From NCBI GenBank assembly GCA_038249055.1, contig JBBRWS010000002.1, forward strand, positions 14,118-78,117: 64,000 bases of DNA. Reading direction: 5' to 3'. This document shows, piece by piece, positions 48,219-58,613 of this stretch; within the stretch, counting starts at the first letter, position 1; each line of letters starts with the position of its first letter. The notes under the pieces were generated by a model. That model saw nothing but the letters and a program-made list of their open reading frames with translations. It was not told the origin of the DNA and did not search any database. The stretch comes from Minisyncoccia bacterium. GTDB lineage: Bacteria > Patescibacteriota > Minisyncoccia > Phycocordibacterales > UBA9973. A program made the position numbers and the translations under genes.

Positions 48219-48890
48219 CTAGTGTGCAATTGTAAATCCAAAAACTCTCTTAGCTCCAGCTTTTTTAAGAATTCTCATCATTTCTTTTATGGTTCCACCT
48301 GTCGTTACCACATCATCTATCACAATAATGGTTCTACCTTTTAATATTTCTTTATTTTTTATTTCAAAAACATTTTTTACGTTTTCAAGCCTCATTTTTT
48401 TATTTGTTATTTTTGCCTGAGGAATAGTATCTACTTTTTTTACAATAATTTCATTTTTTAATTCAAAGACTGCTTTTCCTCCGGAATTACAAAACCCTTT
48501 TGCAATCATTAGAGCTTGATTATATCCGCGCAGTTTAGTTTTATTCCTTGAAATTGGAATAGGAATGATATATAAGGTTCTACCAGAAATATCCATTTTT
48601 ATATCCGAAATATCCTCCAATAGATATTCATACAATAATTTACCGAGTTTTTCTCCCAAATAGCGTTTATTGTGATATTTTAATTCCCATATAACTTTTT
48701 TTATTATTGGGTCTTTGTAAGAAAAAATAGTTTTTATATTTTCATCTAATTCTTTATCATTTAGACTTATTTTTGCAATACAATTATCACATAAAATTTC
48801 GTTTTTTATCTGACATCCGGTACACTTAATAGGGAACATTATATCTAATAAAAAATTCTTGATTTTATTGGTATAAAAATAGATTTTCAT
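48219..48890 (-). CDS. comF: ComF-family phosphoribosyltransferase-domain protein
   Basis: N-terminal CxxC..CxxC zinc finger (FPIKCTGCQI..CDNC) and the C-terminal PRTase motif IIVIDDVVTTGGT. Confidence 0.75.
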   Translation of the reverse strand: MKIYFYTNKIKNFLLDIMFPIKCTGCQIKNEILCDNCIAKISLNDKELDENIKTIFSYKDPIIKKVIWELKYHNKRYLGEKLGKLLYEYLLEDISDIKMDISGRTLYIIPIPISRNKTKLRGYNQALMIAKGFCNSGGKAVFELKNEIIVKKVDTIPQAKITNKKMRLENVKNVFEIKNKEILKGRTIIVIDDVVTTGGTIKEMMRILKKAGAKRVFGFTIAH

Positions 48891-48935
48891 TTTCTTATTT
48901 TACAGTAGATATGTTATAATAGATACTGATTAATC

Positions 48936-50072
48936 ATGGATAATTCACTTAAAAAAATTTTTTCTGAAGGGCTAACTAATCTTTCGAATGTTTTCAATTC
49001 GGATAAGAATAAAGATGAGGCACTCGGGATTGATATTGGTTCTTCTGCAATAAAAGTTGTACAACTAAAAAAGAAAGGAGGAAAGGCCATACTTGAAACG
49101 TATGGAATTCTTTCGCTAGGACCTTATGGTAAAGCAGATATAGGAGCAGTTACAAATTTACCAACGGAAGATATTTCTCGTGCTTTATTAGATGTAATCA
49201 AAGAGTCAAACGTCACTACAAATTCAGCTGTAATTGCTATTCCTTCTCTCTCAAGTTTGATTTTCACTCTTTCTTTACCAGGTAATATATCTGAAAACCA
49301 AATTGCAAAAATTGTTCCAATTGAGGCTCGTAAATATATCCCAGTTCCTATTTCAGAAGTTGCGCTCGATTGGTTTGTAATTCCACAAGAAGCAGAGTCC
49401 TTTGAAACAGATGGAACAGAACAAAGCACCACACAATCAAAAATAGAAGTTTTAGTTGTGGCAATTCACAATGATACATTGTCAAAGTATCAAGACATTC
49501 TAAAAAAAACTGATTTACACTCTCAATCTTTTGAAATGGAAATTTTTAGTAATATTCGGTCTTCATTTAATCATGACTTAGCCCCAGTATTGCTTGTTGA
49601 TTTTGGAGCTTCAAAAACAAAAGTTTCAATTGTTGAAGCTGGAATAGTTCGCGTGTTCCACGTGGTTAATCGTGGTTCTCAAGATATAAGTAAAAACATA
49701 TCACAATCCATGGGTATTACATTTGAGGAAGCAGAGAAATTAAAAAGAACAATAGGTCTTGATGCTAGAATGGACCCAAAAGTAGAGAATATAGTTCGTT
49801 TATCCGTTGACTATATCTTTTCAGATATCAACAGTGTTGTGCTTGCGTACGAGAAGAAGTATAATAAAAACATTAGTAAAGTTATTTTAGTTGGAGGGGG
49901 TTCTTTATTAAGAGGGCTACTCGATCGTGCTAAAGAAAATTTTAAAACCGAAGTTACTTACAGTAATCCTTTTTTGAAAACAGAAGCTCCTGCGTTCCTC
50001 GGACCGATATTAGAAATTAGTGGACCTGAGTTTGCTGTAGCCGTTGGTCTAGCGCTACGACAATTATCATAA
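48936..50072 (+). CDS. pilM: type IV pilus assembly protein PilM (actin-like ATPase fold)
   Basis: ALGIDIGSSAIKVVQLKK...DFGASKTKVSIV...ILVGGGSLLRGL. Confidence 0.8.
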   Translation: MDNSLKKIFSEGLTNLSNVFNSDKNKDEALGIDIGSSAIKVVQLKKKGGKAILETYGILSLGPYGKADIGAVTNLPTEDISRALLDVIKESNVTTNSAVIAIPSLSSLIFTLSLPGNISENQIAKIVPIEARKYIPVPISEVALDWFVIPQEAESFETDGTEQSTTQSKIEVLVVAIHNDTLSKYQDILKKTDLHSQSFEMEIFSNIRSSFNHDLAPVLLVDFGASKTKVSIVEAGIVRVFHVVNRGSQDISKNISQSMGITFEEAEKLKRTIGLDARMDPKVENIVRLSVDYIFSDINSVVLAYEKKYNKNISKVILVGGGSLLRGLLDRAKENFKTEVTYSNPFLKTEAPAFLGPILEISGPEFAVAVGLALRQLS

Positions 50073-50082
50073 ATATATAATT

Positions 50083-50739
50083 ATGGAGAATAATTCATTT
50101 CAAACATCTTTTATACCTAAGAAGCCAATAACTTCTGGAATATCAGATAAAGAGCCAAAAAGTCTTTTTACAATAATATCTACTTTTTTGTTAGTAGTTT
50201 CAATAATAATACCTACAGGATTATTTTTTTATAGATCTTATTTAGAAAAACAAAAAGTTTCCCTTGCTGCTTCTCTTCTGGTAGGCCGTGATAGTTTTGA
50301 AAAGGGAACAATAGACGAATTAAGTTTATTTGATAAACGCATAGAGGTATCAAAACAAGTTCTAAGTAAACATATTATTTTATCCCCGCTATTTACTTTA
50401 TTGGGAGAAATCACAATACCCGCAATTCAATATACAAATTTTGTACAACAAACAAATGATAAAGGTTTTTCTGTTAGCATAGAAGGTTTAGCCCGTGATT
50501 ATAAATCTATTGCAATTCAATCAAATGTATTCAGTAGTGCCAAGGGTAACTTTTTAAAAAATGTTTTATTTTATAATCTGACAAAAGATAAAAATAATAA
50601 TATTAGTTTTAATCTTAAATTTGAAATAGATCCAAGTCTTCTTTCTTATCAAAATAGTATTACACCAAATAGTCTCCAAGTTTTAAATAATTCCGCAACA
50701 AATCCATTATCACTAGGGTTAAATAATAAAACACAATAA
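50083..50739 (+). CDS. pilN: PilN-like type IV pilus assembly protein (single N-terminal TM)
   Basis: Position after pilM and bitopic topology. Confidence 0.5.
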   Translation: MENNSFQTSFIPKKPITSGISDKEPKSLFTIISTFLLVVSIIIPTGLFFYRSYLEKQKVSLAASLLVGRDSFEKGTIDELSLFDKRIEVSKQVLSKHIILSPLFTLLGEITIPAIQYTNFVQQTNDKGFSVSIEGLARDYKSIAIQSNVFSSAKGNFLKNVLFYNLTKDKNNNISFNLKFEIDPSLLSYQNSITPNSLQVLNNSATNPLSLGLNNKTQ

Positions 50740-50742
50740 TTT

Positions 50743-51339
50743 ATGAGATTAATCTTTTCAATTTCATTCATAATAATATCAGTAGCTTTATTTTTTGTCT
50801 TTACAGACCCTATTTATGGTGATGTAAGAAAGTTAAATACAGAAGTATCCACTTATAATACAGCTCTAAGTAATTCAACTGAATTACAAAAAACCAGAGA
50901 TACTCTAGTAAATGTATATAAAAACGTAACAAAAGAAGACAAGGATAACTTAGCTCATTTTTTGCCTACTACTATTGGGAATATTGAATTAATCCTTGAA
51001 ATAGAAAAAATTGCCAATTTATATGGTATGCCTATCAAAGATATCAAATTTGAAACTAAAAGCTTAGAGCAAGGTATAGTAAACAAAGACAATATTGTTG
51101 TTGCGGAAAAAGATCCATCTGATTATTTACCATATGGTGTTTTTCCTTTAGAATTTGTGATAGAAGGAAGATATGATACTTTTGTAACTTTTTTGAAAGA
51201 TTTAGAGCATAACCTACGTTTGGTTGATGTAAAATCTATTTCTTTTTCAGTTCCTCCTCCAACAGCGGGTGGTGCAAATACAACAAACCCAAATATATAC
51301 ACCTTCACATTAAAAATTGAGATTTATTGGCTAAAATAA
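50743..51339 (+). CDS. pilO: PilO-like type IV pilus assembly protein
   Basis: N-terminal TM plus a coiled segment, in the pilMNO gene order. Confidence 0.5.
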   Translation: MRLIFSISFIIISVALFFVFTDPIYGDVRKLNTEVSTYNTALSNSTELQKTRDTLVNVYKNVTKEDKDNLAHFLPTTIGNIELILEIEKIANLYGMPIKDIKFETKSLEQGIVNKDNIVVAEKDPSDYLPYGVFPLEFVIEGRYDTFVTFLKDLEHNLRLVDVKSISFSVPPPTAGGANTTNPNIYTFTLKIEIYWLK

Positions 51340-51340
51340 T

Positions 51341-52006
51341 ATGAAAAAAAAATATAACAAATTCTTAATAGTGTCCACAGTATTTCTTTTTATAGGAGGT
51401 GTATATTTATATTCATCAAACGATTTAATTTCTGGAGATATTGTTCCTGTAGCTTTTGGTAGCTCTTTAGAATCATCTGTTTTAGCTGAATCAGCTTTAG
51501 TTTCATCACCTGTAATGGCGGAAGAGGTTAATTCTGACATATCTTTTCTTGCAACTTTAGTTTCTCTTAAAAATATTAAAATGGATACATCTATTTTTAA
51601 TTTAGACACATTTAAGGCACTTAAAAATAATGCTGTTCAAATAGAATTAGTTCCAAGTAAACCAGGAAGAGTCAATCCGTTTGCCCCAATAACTGTAACC
51701 GAATCAGTTGGGGTTAGTGCAGCTCCCGTTGTTGCTACAAACCAACCAACTGAAGTTACAGACAAAACAGCTATATTTAATGGAACAGTTAATACGGATA
51801 GTGTAGTTACTGATACCTATTTTGAATATGGAATAAGTGCACAAGGAGTAAATAATAAAATAGAAATAGCAAAACTTTCACTTGTTGGGAATTTTGTTAA
51901 GAATATTGTAGGGTTAACTCCCCAAACAACTTATTTTTATAAAGCATGCGCAAGGATTAATAATATAGCAAGTTGTGGAGATGTAGTTTCGTTTACTACA
52001 AAATAA
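51341..52006 (+). CDS. pilus-assembly-associated protein with N-terminal TM and C-terminal beta-sandwich-like domain (PilP-like position)
   Basis: Gene order only. No conserved motif. Confidence 0.3.
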   Translation: MKKKYNKFLIVSTVFLFIGGVYLYSSNDLISGDIVPVAFGSSLESSVLAESALVSSPVMAEEVNSDISFLATLVSLKNIKMDTSIFNLDTFKALKNNAVQIELVPSKPGRVNPFAPITVTESVGVSAAPVVATNQPTEVTDKTAIFNGTVNTDSVVTDTYFEYGISAQGVNNKIEIAKLSLVGNFVKNIVGLTPQTTYFYKACARINNIASCGDVVSFTTK

Positions 52007-52010
52007 ACCT

Positions 52011-53750
52011 ATGGTACTTTTAGAAGAGCTTATAAAACGTGGACTTCTTAAAGAAGAGCAGGTATCTAATGTTACAAAGGTTGCTGAGGAAAAATATAAT
52101 GGCAACATAGATGAGGCCTTACTCGACTTTAATCTAGATGAAGAAAAAATACTTGAGATAAAGGGTGAAATTTTTGGTATTCCAATCAAAATTGTTGACC
52201 CTAAAACTGTGCCAGTTTCAGTTCTTCAGTTAATACCTATTGATGCTGCTAAAATATATCACTTTGTTCCTTTAGATTTAACAGACAGTTTTCTTGAAGT
52301 TGGAATAGTTGATCCGGACAATATTCAGGCAGTAGATGCTCTTACTTTTATTACAGCCAAATTAAATAAACCATTTAAGTTATTTTTAATCACTACTACC
52401 ACCTATAATAAACTAGTAGAAAGATATATAGGGGATACTAGTCAAGAAGTTGATCAAGCTTTAAATGAGCTCGATACTGAAATTGCTGGAGCAACGGATG
52501 GAGGTGTAACTATTGAATCAAGTACTAAAACATCAGATAGTCTCAAGCCAGGAGAAGAAGAAAAAATTGTGGAAGATGCCCCTATTATTAAAATAGTGGC
52601 TGTTATTCTTCGTAGTGCTACAGAAGGATTCGCTTCCGATATACACATTGAAAATACTGGAGATAAAGTCAAAGTCCGTTTTCGTGTTGATGGAATTCTG
52701 CATACATCACTTTTCTTGCCTATCAGTGTTTATAATGGAGTAGTGGCTCGTATTAAAATTCTTTCCAAGCTTAGATTAGATGAAAAACGTAAACCACAAG
52801 ATGGAGGTTTTTCTGCAAAGATTGATAATCGTAAAATAGACTTTCGTGTTTCTACAATGCCTGCTTATTTTGGAGAGAAAGTCGTTATGCGTATTTTGGA
52901 TTCCCAAAAAGGTATTCATAAAATAGATGACATCGGTTTGTCAGATGAGAATTTAGCTCTTATCAGAGAAGCCCTAGCTCGCCCTTATGGTTTGATATTA
53001 ATGACGGGTCCTACAGGTTCCGGTAAAACGACTTCCTTGTATTCTATGTTGGGTGAACTCAACAAAGAAGATAAAAATATTGTTTCACTTGAAGATCCTG
53101 TTGAATACAAGATTGATGGAGTAAATCAATCTCAGGTAATGCCAGAAATCGGATACACTTTTGCTTCAGGATTACGCTCCATACTTCGTCAGGACCCAAA
53201 TATTATTTTGGTGGGAGAAATCCGTGATAAAGAAACAGCGGAACTAGCAATTCAAGCCGCCCTTACTGGTCACTTGGTTTTATCTACTCTCCACACAAAC
53301 AATGCCATCGGCGCTATTCCACGTTTAATAGATATGGGAATAGACCCTTATCTTATAGCGCCTACTCTTATTCTTTGTATGGCCCAACGTTTGGCTCGTA
53401 GAATTCATCCAAATTCTAAACACGAAATTCCTATTGATGAGTCAACTATGCAAATGTTTAATAAACAATTTGCCGATTTACCAGAACCATATAAATCCAG
53501 ATTAAATTTAGGAAAAACCCTCTATGAAGCAGTTCCTTCTGCGGAAAGTGCCAATGGTCTAAGTGGACGTATTGCTTTGTTTGAAATGTTTAAGATAGAT
53601 AAAGAAATGCAGGGAATAATTTTGAAAGATCCTGAAGAGATAACTATTTACAATCATGCACGTTCAAAAGGTATGCTCACACTTAAAGAAGACGCAATTA
53701 TAAAAAGCATAAGAGGAGATATCCCTATACAAGAAGTTTATAATACTTAA
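52011..53750 (+). CDS. pilB: type IV pilus assembly ATPase PilB (GspE family)
   Basis: N-terminal T2SSE_N-like domain, Walker A GPTGSGKTTSLYSML, Asp box, Walker B ILVGEIRD. Confidence 0.9.
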   Translation: MVLLEELIKRGLLKEEQVSNVTKVAEEKYNGNIDEALLDFNLDEEKILEIKGEIFGIPIKIVDPKTVPVSVLQLIPIDAAKIYHFVPLDLTDSFLEVGIVDPDNIQAVDALTFITAKLNKPFKLFLITTTTYNKLVERYIGDTSQEVDQALNELDTEIAGATDGGVTIESSTKTSDSLKPGEEEKIVEDAPIIKIVAVILRSATEGFASDIHIENTGDKVKVRFRVDGILHTSLFLPISVYNGVVARIKILSKLRLDEKRKPQDGGFSAKIDNRKIDFRVSTMPAYFGEKVVMRILDSQKGIHKIDDIGLSDENLALIREALARPYGLILMTGPTGSGKTTSLYSMLGELNKEDKNIVSLEDPVEYKIDGVNQSQVMPEIGYTFASGLRSILRQDPNIILVGEIRDKETAELAIQAALTGHLVLSTLHTNNAIGAIPRLIDMGIDPYLIAPTLILCMAQRLARRIHPNSKHEIPIDESTMQMFNKQFADLPEPYKSRLNLGKTLYEAVPSAESANGLSGRIALFEMFKIDKEMQGIILKDPEEITIYNHARSKGMLTLKEDAIIKSIRGDIPIQEVYNT

Positions 53751-53800
53751 TTATAAATTAGCTGTAGTAAAACATTTACAATTGTATTATATCGATTACG

Positions 53801-53960
53801 ATAGAACAACGGCTCTCGGACGTCATGCAAACAAATTTATATTTATTTGCATACGCTCCTCGTTTGTTGTTATGTAGGGTACTATAGAACAACGGCATTC
53901 GGACATGATGCAAATAAATTGATATTTATTTGCAAATGCTCCTCACTTGTTGTTATAATA
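53801..53960. repeat. tandem ~83-bp direct repeat (2 units) containing internal palindromes, ending in an extended -10 box TGTTATAAT
   Basis: ATAGAACAACGGC..TCGGAC..ATGCAAA..AAAT..ATATTTATTTGCA..GCTCCTC..TTGTTGTTAT repeated twice. A related box lies at 58500-58612 upstream of pilD. Confidence 0.7.
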
Positions 53961-53966
53961 AAAGAT

Positions 53967-54362
53967 ATGGAAACAGATCTAAAAAATATTTTAATAATAG
54001 ATGATGACAGTTTTTTGCTTGATATGTATGCATTGAAATTTATTAAATCAAATTTTAATGTTTCTACTGCTCTTGGTTCAGAAATAGCGCTAGAAAAATT
54101 ACGAGGTGGACTTAAGCCTGAAATTATTCTTCTAGATATTATGATGCCAGTAATGGATGGATTTGAATTATTAGAAAAAATTAAAGAAGAAGACTTAGCT
54201 CCAAATGCAGTAGTTATTTTTCTTTCCAATCGAGGCCAACCATCAGATGTAACTCGAGCAGAAGAACTCGGTGCTTCCGGTTATATTGTAAAAGCATCAT
54301 GTATTCCTTCCGAAGTCATTGAAAAAGTAATTAAAATAGTTAATAGCAAAAAGAAACAATAA
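53967..54362 (+). CDS. single-domain response regulator (CheY/PilH-like receiver)
   Basis: ILIIDDDSFLLDM...ILLDIMMPVMDGFELLEKIK...VIFLSNRG. I chose the start at METDLK. Confidence 0.8.
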   Translation: METDLKNILIIDDDSFLLDMYALKFIKSNFNVSTALGSEIALEKLRGGLKPEIILLDIMMPVMDGFELLEKIKEEDLAPNAVVIFLSNRGQPSDVTRAEELGASGYIVKASCIPSEVIEKVIKIVNSKKKQ

Positions 54363-54446
54363 TACCTGTCCCGTTAGAAGCCGCGATTGTAATTTATATA
54401 ATAAAAATAACATGAAATCAAACATTGAAAATATTAACAGTTTAAC

Positions 54447-55550
54447 ATGTCAGATACGCGAGTTAATCGCGATCTGCTTCTAATCGGGATGGATTATAAA
54501 AATTTTATTCATGGATTAATTGAAAATCTAATAGACCAAGATGGGTCTGATTTACATTTGGGAGTAGGTAGAAAGCCCGCCATAAGAATAAACGGACAGC
54601 TTATATTTCTTGTAAATAATAATGTTTTAACAGATGTTGATATGACAGGAATTTTGACTGCGCTTATTGGCCCTGATAGATATAAAAAGTTTTTAGAATC
54701 TAAGAACTCAGATTTTTCTAGTAACCTAAATGATGGCAAAGTTCAGTTGCGTGGAAATGCTTTTTTTCAACGTGGAATGATTTGTATTGCTATACGTTTA
54801 GTTCCAAAACCAAAATCATTTGAGACCTTAAATTTACCACCAATTCTTAAAGATTTTTCTAGAAAAAAACAAGGATTTTTCCTTGTAGTAGGACCAGTGG
54901 GTCAAGGTAAATCCACAACTCTATCTACAATGATAAATATGATAAATTCTGAGACAGCTGCTCATATTATGACGATAGAAGACCCAATAGAATTTATATA
55001 TCAACCAGATAGGTCTATTATAGACCAGAGAGAAATAGGCGTTGACACTGACGATTTTGTCAAAGCTCTAAAATCAGCTTTTCGTGAAGATGCCAATGTT
55101 TTGCTTATTGGAGAAATGCGTGATGCTGATACTATTTCTGCTGCAGTTACAGCTGCCGAGACCGGTCATTTGGTATTATCTACTCTACATACAAACAATG
55201 CCTCTCAAACTATCGACCGTATTATTGATTCATTTGAAGCAAATCAACAAGGACAAATTCGCTTGCAACTAGCATCAAGTTTGCTCGGTATTTTTTCACA
55301 GCGTTTAATTCCTCGTATTTCTGGTGGACGTATCCCAGCATATGAACTTCTTATTAATAATAAAGCTATAGCAAACCTTATTAGAGAGAAGAGAACTCAC
55401 GAGATTGATACAGTAATAGAAACTTCTTCCCATGAAGGAATGGTAGATATGAATAGATGTCTTATCGATTTAGTTCAGAGAGGGGAAATAAGCCTAGAAA
55501 CAGCTTATGAATATTCTATTAATCCTAAGGCCTTAGAGCAAATGTTTTAA
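54447..55550 (+). CDS. pilT: type IV pilus retraction ATPase PilT
   Basis: Walker A GPVGQGKSTTLSTMIN, HIMTIEDPIEF, LIGEMRD, GHLVLSTLHTNNA. Confidence 0.85.
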   Translation: MSDTRVNRDLLLIGMDYKNFIHGLIENLIDQDGSDLHLGVGRKPAIRINGQLIFLVNNNVLTDVDMTGILTALIGPDRYKKFLESKNSDFSSNLNDGKVQLRGNAFFQRGMICIAIRLVPKPKSFETLNLPPILKDFSRKKQGFFLVVGPVGQGKSTTLSTMINMINSETAAHIMTIEDPIEFIYQPDRSIIDQREIGVDTDDFVKALKSAFREDANVLLIGEMRDADTISAAVTAAETGHLVLSTLHTNNASQTIDRIIDSFEANQQGQIRLQLASSLLGIFSQRLIPRISGGRIPAYELLINNKAIANLIREKRTHEIDTVIETSSHEGMVDMNRCLIDLVQRGEISLETAYEYSINPKALEQMF

Positions 55551-55553
55551 TAT

Positions 55554-56765
55554 ATGATATTTAATTATGAAGCAATAACAAGTACTGGAGAGAAGAAAGT
55601 TGGAACTATTGAAACAACTTCCAAGGATTTAGCCATTGCCGCAATTCAGCGTCGAGGTTTAATCTTGTCTTCTATTGGCGAAACTGTTCCCAAAAAGAGT
55701 ATTTTTAGTATGTCATTCTTTAATACTGGTAGTGTCCCCATGAAGGATGTTGTGATTATGTCACGACAAATGTCCACACTCTTTGAATCACAAGTAGCAG
55801 CTTTGAAAGCATTCAATTTGCTTGCCGAAAATACAGAGAATAAAGAATTGGCTAGAATTCTAAACGAAGTTTCTGAAGATATTAAATCCGGAGTATATAT
55901 TTCTGTAGCTTTATCAAAACATCCAAAAGTATTTTCTGACTTTTATGTAAATATGGTCAAGTCAGGGGAAGAGTCAGGTAAACTCACTCAAACATTTTCT
56001 TATCTAGCCGATTATCTTGATCGTCAGTATCAGCTTTCTTCCAAAACCAAAAATGCCCTCATTTATCCAGGGTTCGTTATTGGAGTTTTTCTTATTGTTA
56101 TGACTCTGATGTTTGTTTTTATTATTCCTAAACTTACAATGATTATTAAAGAGTCTGGAATGGAAGTACCATTTTTCACAAAAATAATAATGACAGTAAG
56201 TGACATTCTTATTAACTACGGGGTTTTCTTGCTAATAGCAATAGTATTATTTATTATTTATTTAGCTCGATACTCTAGATCTGTTTCAGGAAAATTATAT
56301 TTTGATAGACTAAAAATTTCACTTCCTATTTTTAAAAACATTTATTCAAAACTGTACCTTGCTCGTATAGCTGATAACATGGACACAATGCTTTCATCAA
56401 GTATTCCTATTGTTCGTGCAATTGAGCTTACGAGTGCTGTTACTGGTAATCTTGTTTATGAACATATATTAAAAGATGTTGCAGAATCAGTAAAATCAGG
56501 AAGTTCTTTGTCTGAATCATTTTCCAAACACAAAGAAATCCCAACAATAATGTCAGGTATGATTCGTGTCGGAGAGGAGACAGGTTCTATCGGGAATATT
56601 TTAAAAACCCTCGGACACTTCTATACTCGCGAAGTGAATGAAGCAGTTGATACTATGGTGAGTTTGATTGAGCCTATCATGATTATTATGTTAGGTTTAG
56701 GTGTTGGAATTTTGTTGGCATCAATCTTAATGCCAATCTACAACATCGCAGGTGGTATCGGTTAA
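55554..56765 (+). CDS. pilC: type IV pilus inner-membrane platform protein PilC (GspF family)
   Basis: Duplicated GspF domain architecture with three TM segments and the GEESG / GEETG motifs. Confidence 0.85.
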   Translation: MIFNYEAITSTGEKKVGTIETTSKDLAIAAIQRRGLILSSIGETVPKKSIFSMSFFNTGSVPMKDVVIMSRQMSTLFESQVAALKAFNLLAENTENKELARILNEVSEDIKSGVYISVALSKHPKVFSDFYVNMVKSGEESGKLTQTFSYLADYLDRQYQLSSKTKNALIYPGFVIGVFLIVMTLMFVFIIPKLTMIIKESGMEVPFFTKIIMTVSDILINYGVFLLIAIVLFIIYLARYSRSVSGKLYFDRLKISLPIFKNIYSKLYLARIADNMDTMLSSSIPIVRAIELTSAVTGNLVYEHILKDVAESVKSGSSLSESFSKHKEIPTIMSGMIRVGEETGSIGNILKTLGHFYTREVNEAVDTMVSLIEPIMIIMLGLGVGILLASILMPIYNIAGGIG

Positions 56766-56894
56766 AATAAAAATAGATATCCACAGCATATACTTATTAT
56801 ATTGTTTAATTGATTCTATGATATAATAACTATAGTTTTATTATTAAAAGTCGCGTCTTTCGCAAAAGACAAATTATTAACGTTAAATTTTATT

Positions 56895-57335
56895 ATGAAT
56901 AAAAATAAAGGTTTTACACTCATCGAATTGTTGGTCGTTATCGCAATCATTGGTATTTTGTCTTCAGTTGTTTTGGCTTCACTTAATACTGCTAGAAGCA
57001 AAGGAGCAGATGCCGCTATAAAGTCAAACATTAACAATGCTCGTTCACAAGCAGAAATATTTTACAGTTATAATGATACAAATAGCTATGCGGGTGTTTG
57101 CGCAGCAGAAGCATCAGCTACAAGAGGAGGTATTCTTACTATGAAGACCGGTGCAACATCTGCTGGTTCAACTGCTGTTAAATGTGGAGATATTGCTGGA
57201 GGCTGGGCTATGGAAGCATTACTAAAAGGAGATAGTACACACTATTACTGTGTTGATTCAACGGGTGCTGCTAAATCAACTGGTACCGCTTCTGCTATTG
57301 TAGATGGTGCTTCATCGACTGATGTAACTTGTTAA
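56895..57335 (+). CDS. type IV pilin (paralog 1 of 3)
   Basis: MNKNKGFTLIELLVVIAIIGILSSVVLASLNTAR leader/N-terminal helix. C-terminal Cys pair. Confidence 0.85.
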   Translation: MNKNKGFTLIELLVVIAIIGILSSVVLASLNTARSKGADAAIKSNINNARSQAEIFYSYNDTNSYAGVCAAEASATRGGILTMKTGATSAGSTAVKCGDIAGGWAMEALLKGDSTHYYCVDSTGAAKSTGTASAIVDGASSTDVTC

Positions 57336-57389
57336 TATAAATTATCTCATGTCTCTCGAAAAGACAAATTATAAGAATTAAATATTATT

Positions 57390-57839
57390 ATGAATAAAAA
57401 TAAAGGTTTTACACTCATCGAATTGTTGGTCGTTATCGCAATCATTGGTATTTTGTCTTCAGTTGTTTTAGCTTCATTAAACTCAGCTCGTAACAAAGGA
57501 TCAGATGCTGCTATAAAATCAAACTTATCTAATCTTAGGCCACAAGCAGAAATTTATTATGACGATGCAGCAAAAGGTAATGGTACTTATGGAACAGCTG
57601 CAAATTGTAATGTAACATCTGCAGGGGTTGCTTCTGCTGGTTGTACAGGTATTCATCTTGACCTTTTAAATGGTCTTAAGGCTGCTGCTTCAGCTTCTGG
57701 AGCTACTGTTTACGCAAATAATACTACTACAGCATGGGCCGCATTTGCTACACTAAAGGCAACTGGAAATTGGTGTGTTGATTCAACTGGTGCCTCAAAA
57801 GTTTCTGCAGCAGCTGTTGCAACTGCAACTGCTTGTTAA
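57390..57839 (+). CDS. type IV pilin (paralog 2 of 3)
   Basis: The first 38 codons are nearly identical to paralog 1. The C-terminal domain is divergent. Confidence 0.85.
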   Translation: MNKNKGFTLIELLVVIAIIGILSSVVLASLNSARNKGSDAAIKSNLSNLRPQAEIYYDDAAKGNGTYGTAANCNVTSAGVASAGCTGIHLDLLNGLKAAASASGATVYANNTTTAWAAFATLKATGNWCVDSTGASKVSAAAVATATAC

Positions 57840-57904
57840 TAAATATTTTTTTATTAACGAAAATATATTTTTGAAAAGACAAATTATAAGAATTAAATAT
57901 TATT

Positions 57905-58357
57905 ATGAATAAAAATAAAGGTTTTACACTTATCGAATTGTTGGTCGTTATCGCAATCATTGGTATTTTGTCTTCAGTTGTTTTAGCTTCACTTAATACT
58001 GCTCGTAATAAAGGTAATGATGCTGCGGTTAAGGCAACTCTAAATAATTTACGAGGACAAGCTGCTATTTATTTTGATGACAGCAGTGGTGCATATAGTA
58101 CTGTTACTTTTACTTTTCCTCTCACAGCTAGTTGTCTCACAGCAAATAGTTTCTTTGCTAATGGAACAGTTGTAAATGCTTTAGCAGCTGTAACTACAGC
58201 TGGAGGTACTCCGGTTTGTGTGCTTGGAGGAACTACTGGTCAAAAAGCTGATAAATGGGCAATATCTGTACCATTAAAAGGTGGAGGTAACTGGTGTGTT
58301 GATTCAGCGGGTTCTTCAAAATCTGGACTAACTGCTGCAACGGGTGTTTGTGCATAA
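57905..58357 (+). CDS. type IV pilin (paralog 3 of 3)
   Basis: As above. A terminator at 58379-58412 (CTACCCCATGGGTAG + T-run) follows. Confidence 0.85.
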   Translation: MNKNKGFTLIELLVVIAIIGILSSVVLASLNTARNKGNDAAVKATLNNLRGQAAIYFDDSSGAYSTVTFTFPLTASCLTANSFFANGTVVNALAAVTTAGGTPVCVLGGTTGQKADKWAISVPLKGGGNWCVDSAGSSKSGLTAATGVCA

Positions 58358-58613
58358 TTAAATTTTTATAGTTTAAACAAAAAACTACCCCATGGGTAGT
58401 TTTTTGTTTTTTTTATTAAATTTTATGGGTTTTTTATTATAGATTAATATAATTGTAATAGTGCTAAAAGACTAAGTAAATAAAATTAATTCATTTATTA
58501 CTGCTCTTCACTTATTGTTATGTCGGGTACGATATAACAACAATCCTAGGGCACTAAAAAAATAAAAAATATTCAATTTGCTTGTACTCCTTGTTTGTTG
58601 TTATAATACACTT

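Noticed and set aside
47854-48344. Plus-strand ORFs 47854..48111 and 48144..48344
   Set aside because: They overlap the 5' end of the ATP-grasp gene and the 3' end of comF on the opposite strand, and 48170-48215 is a repeat copy. I treat them as spurious.
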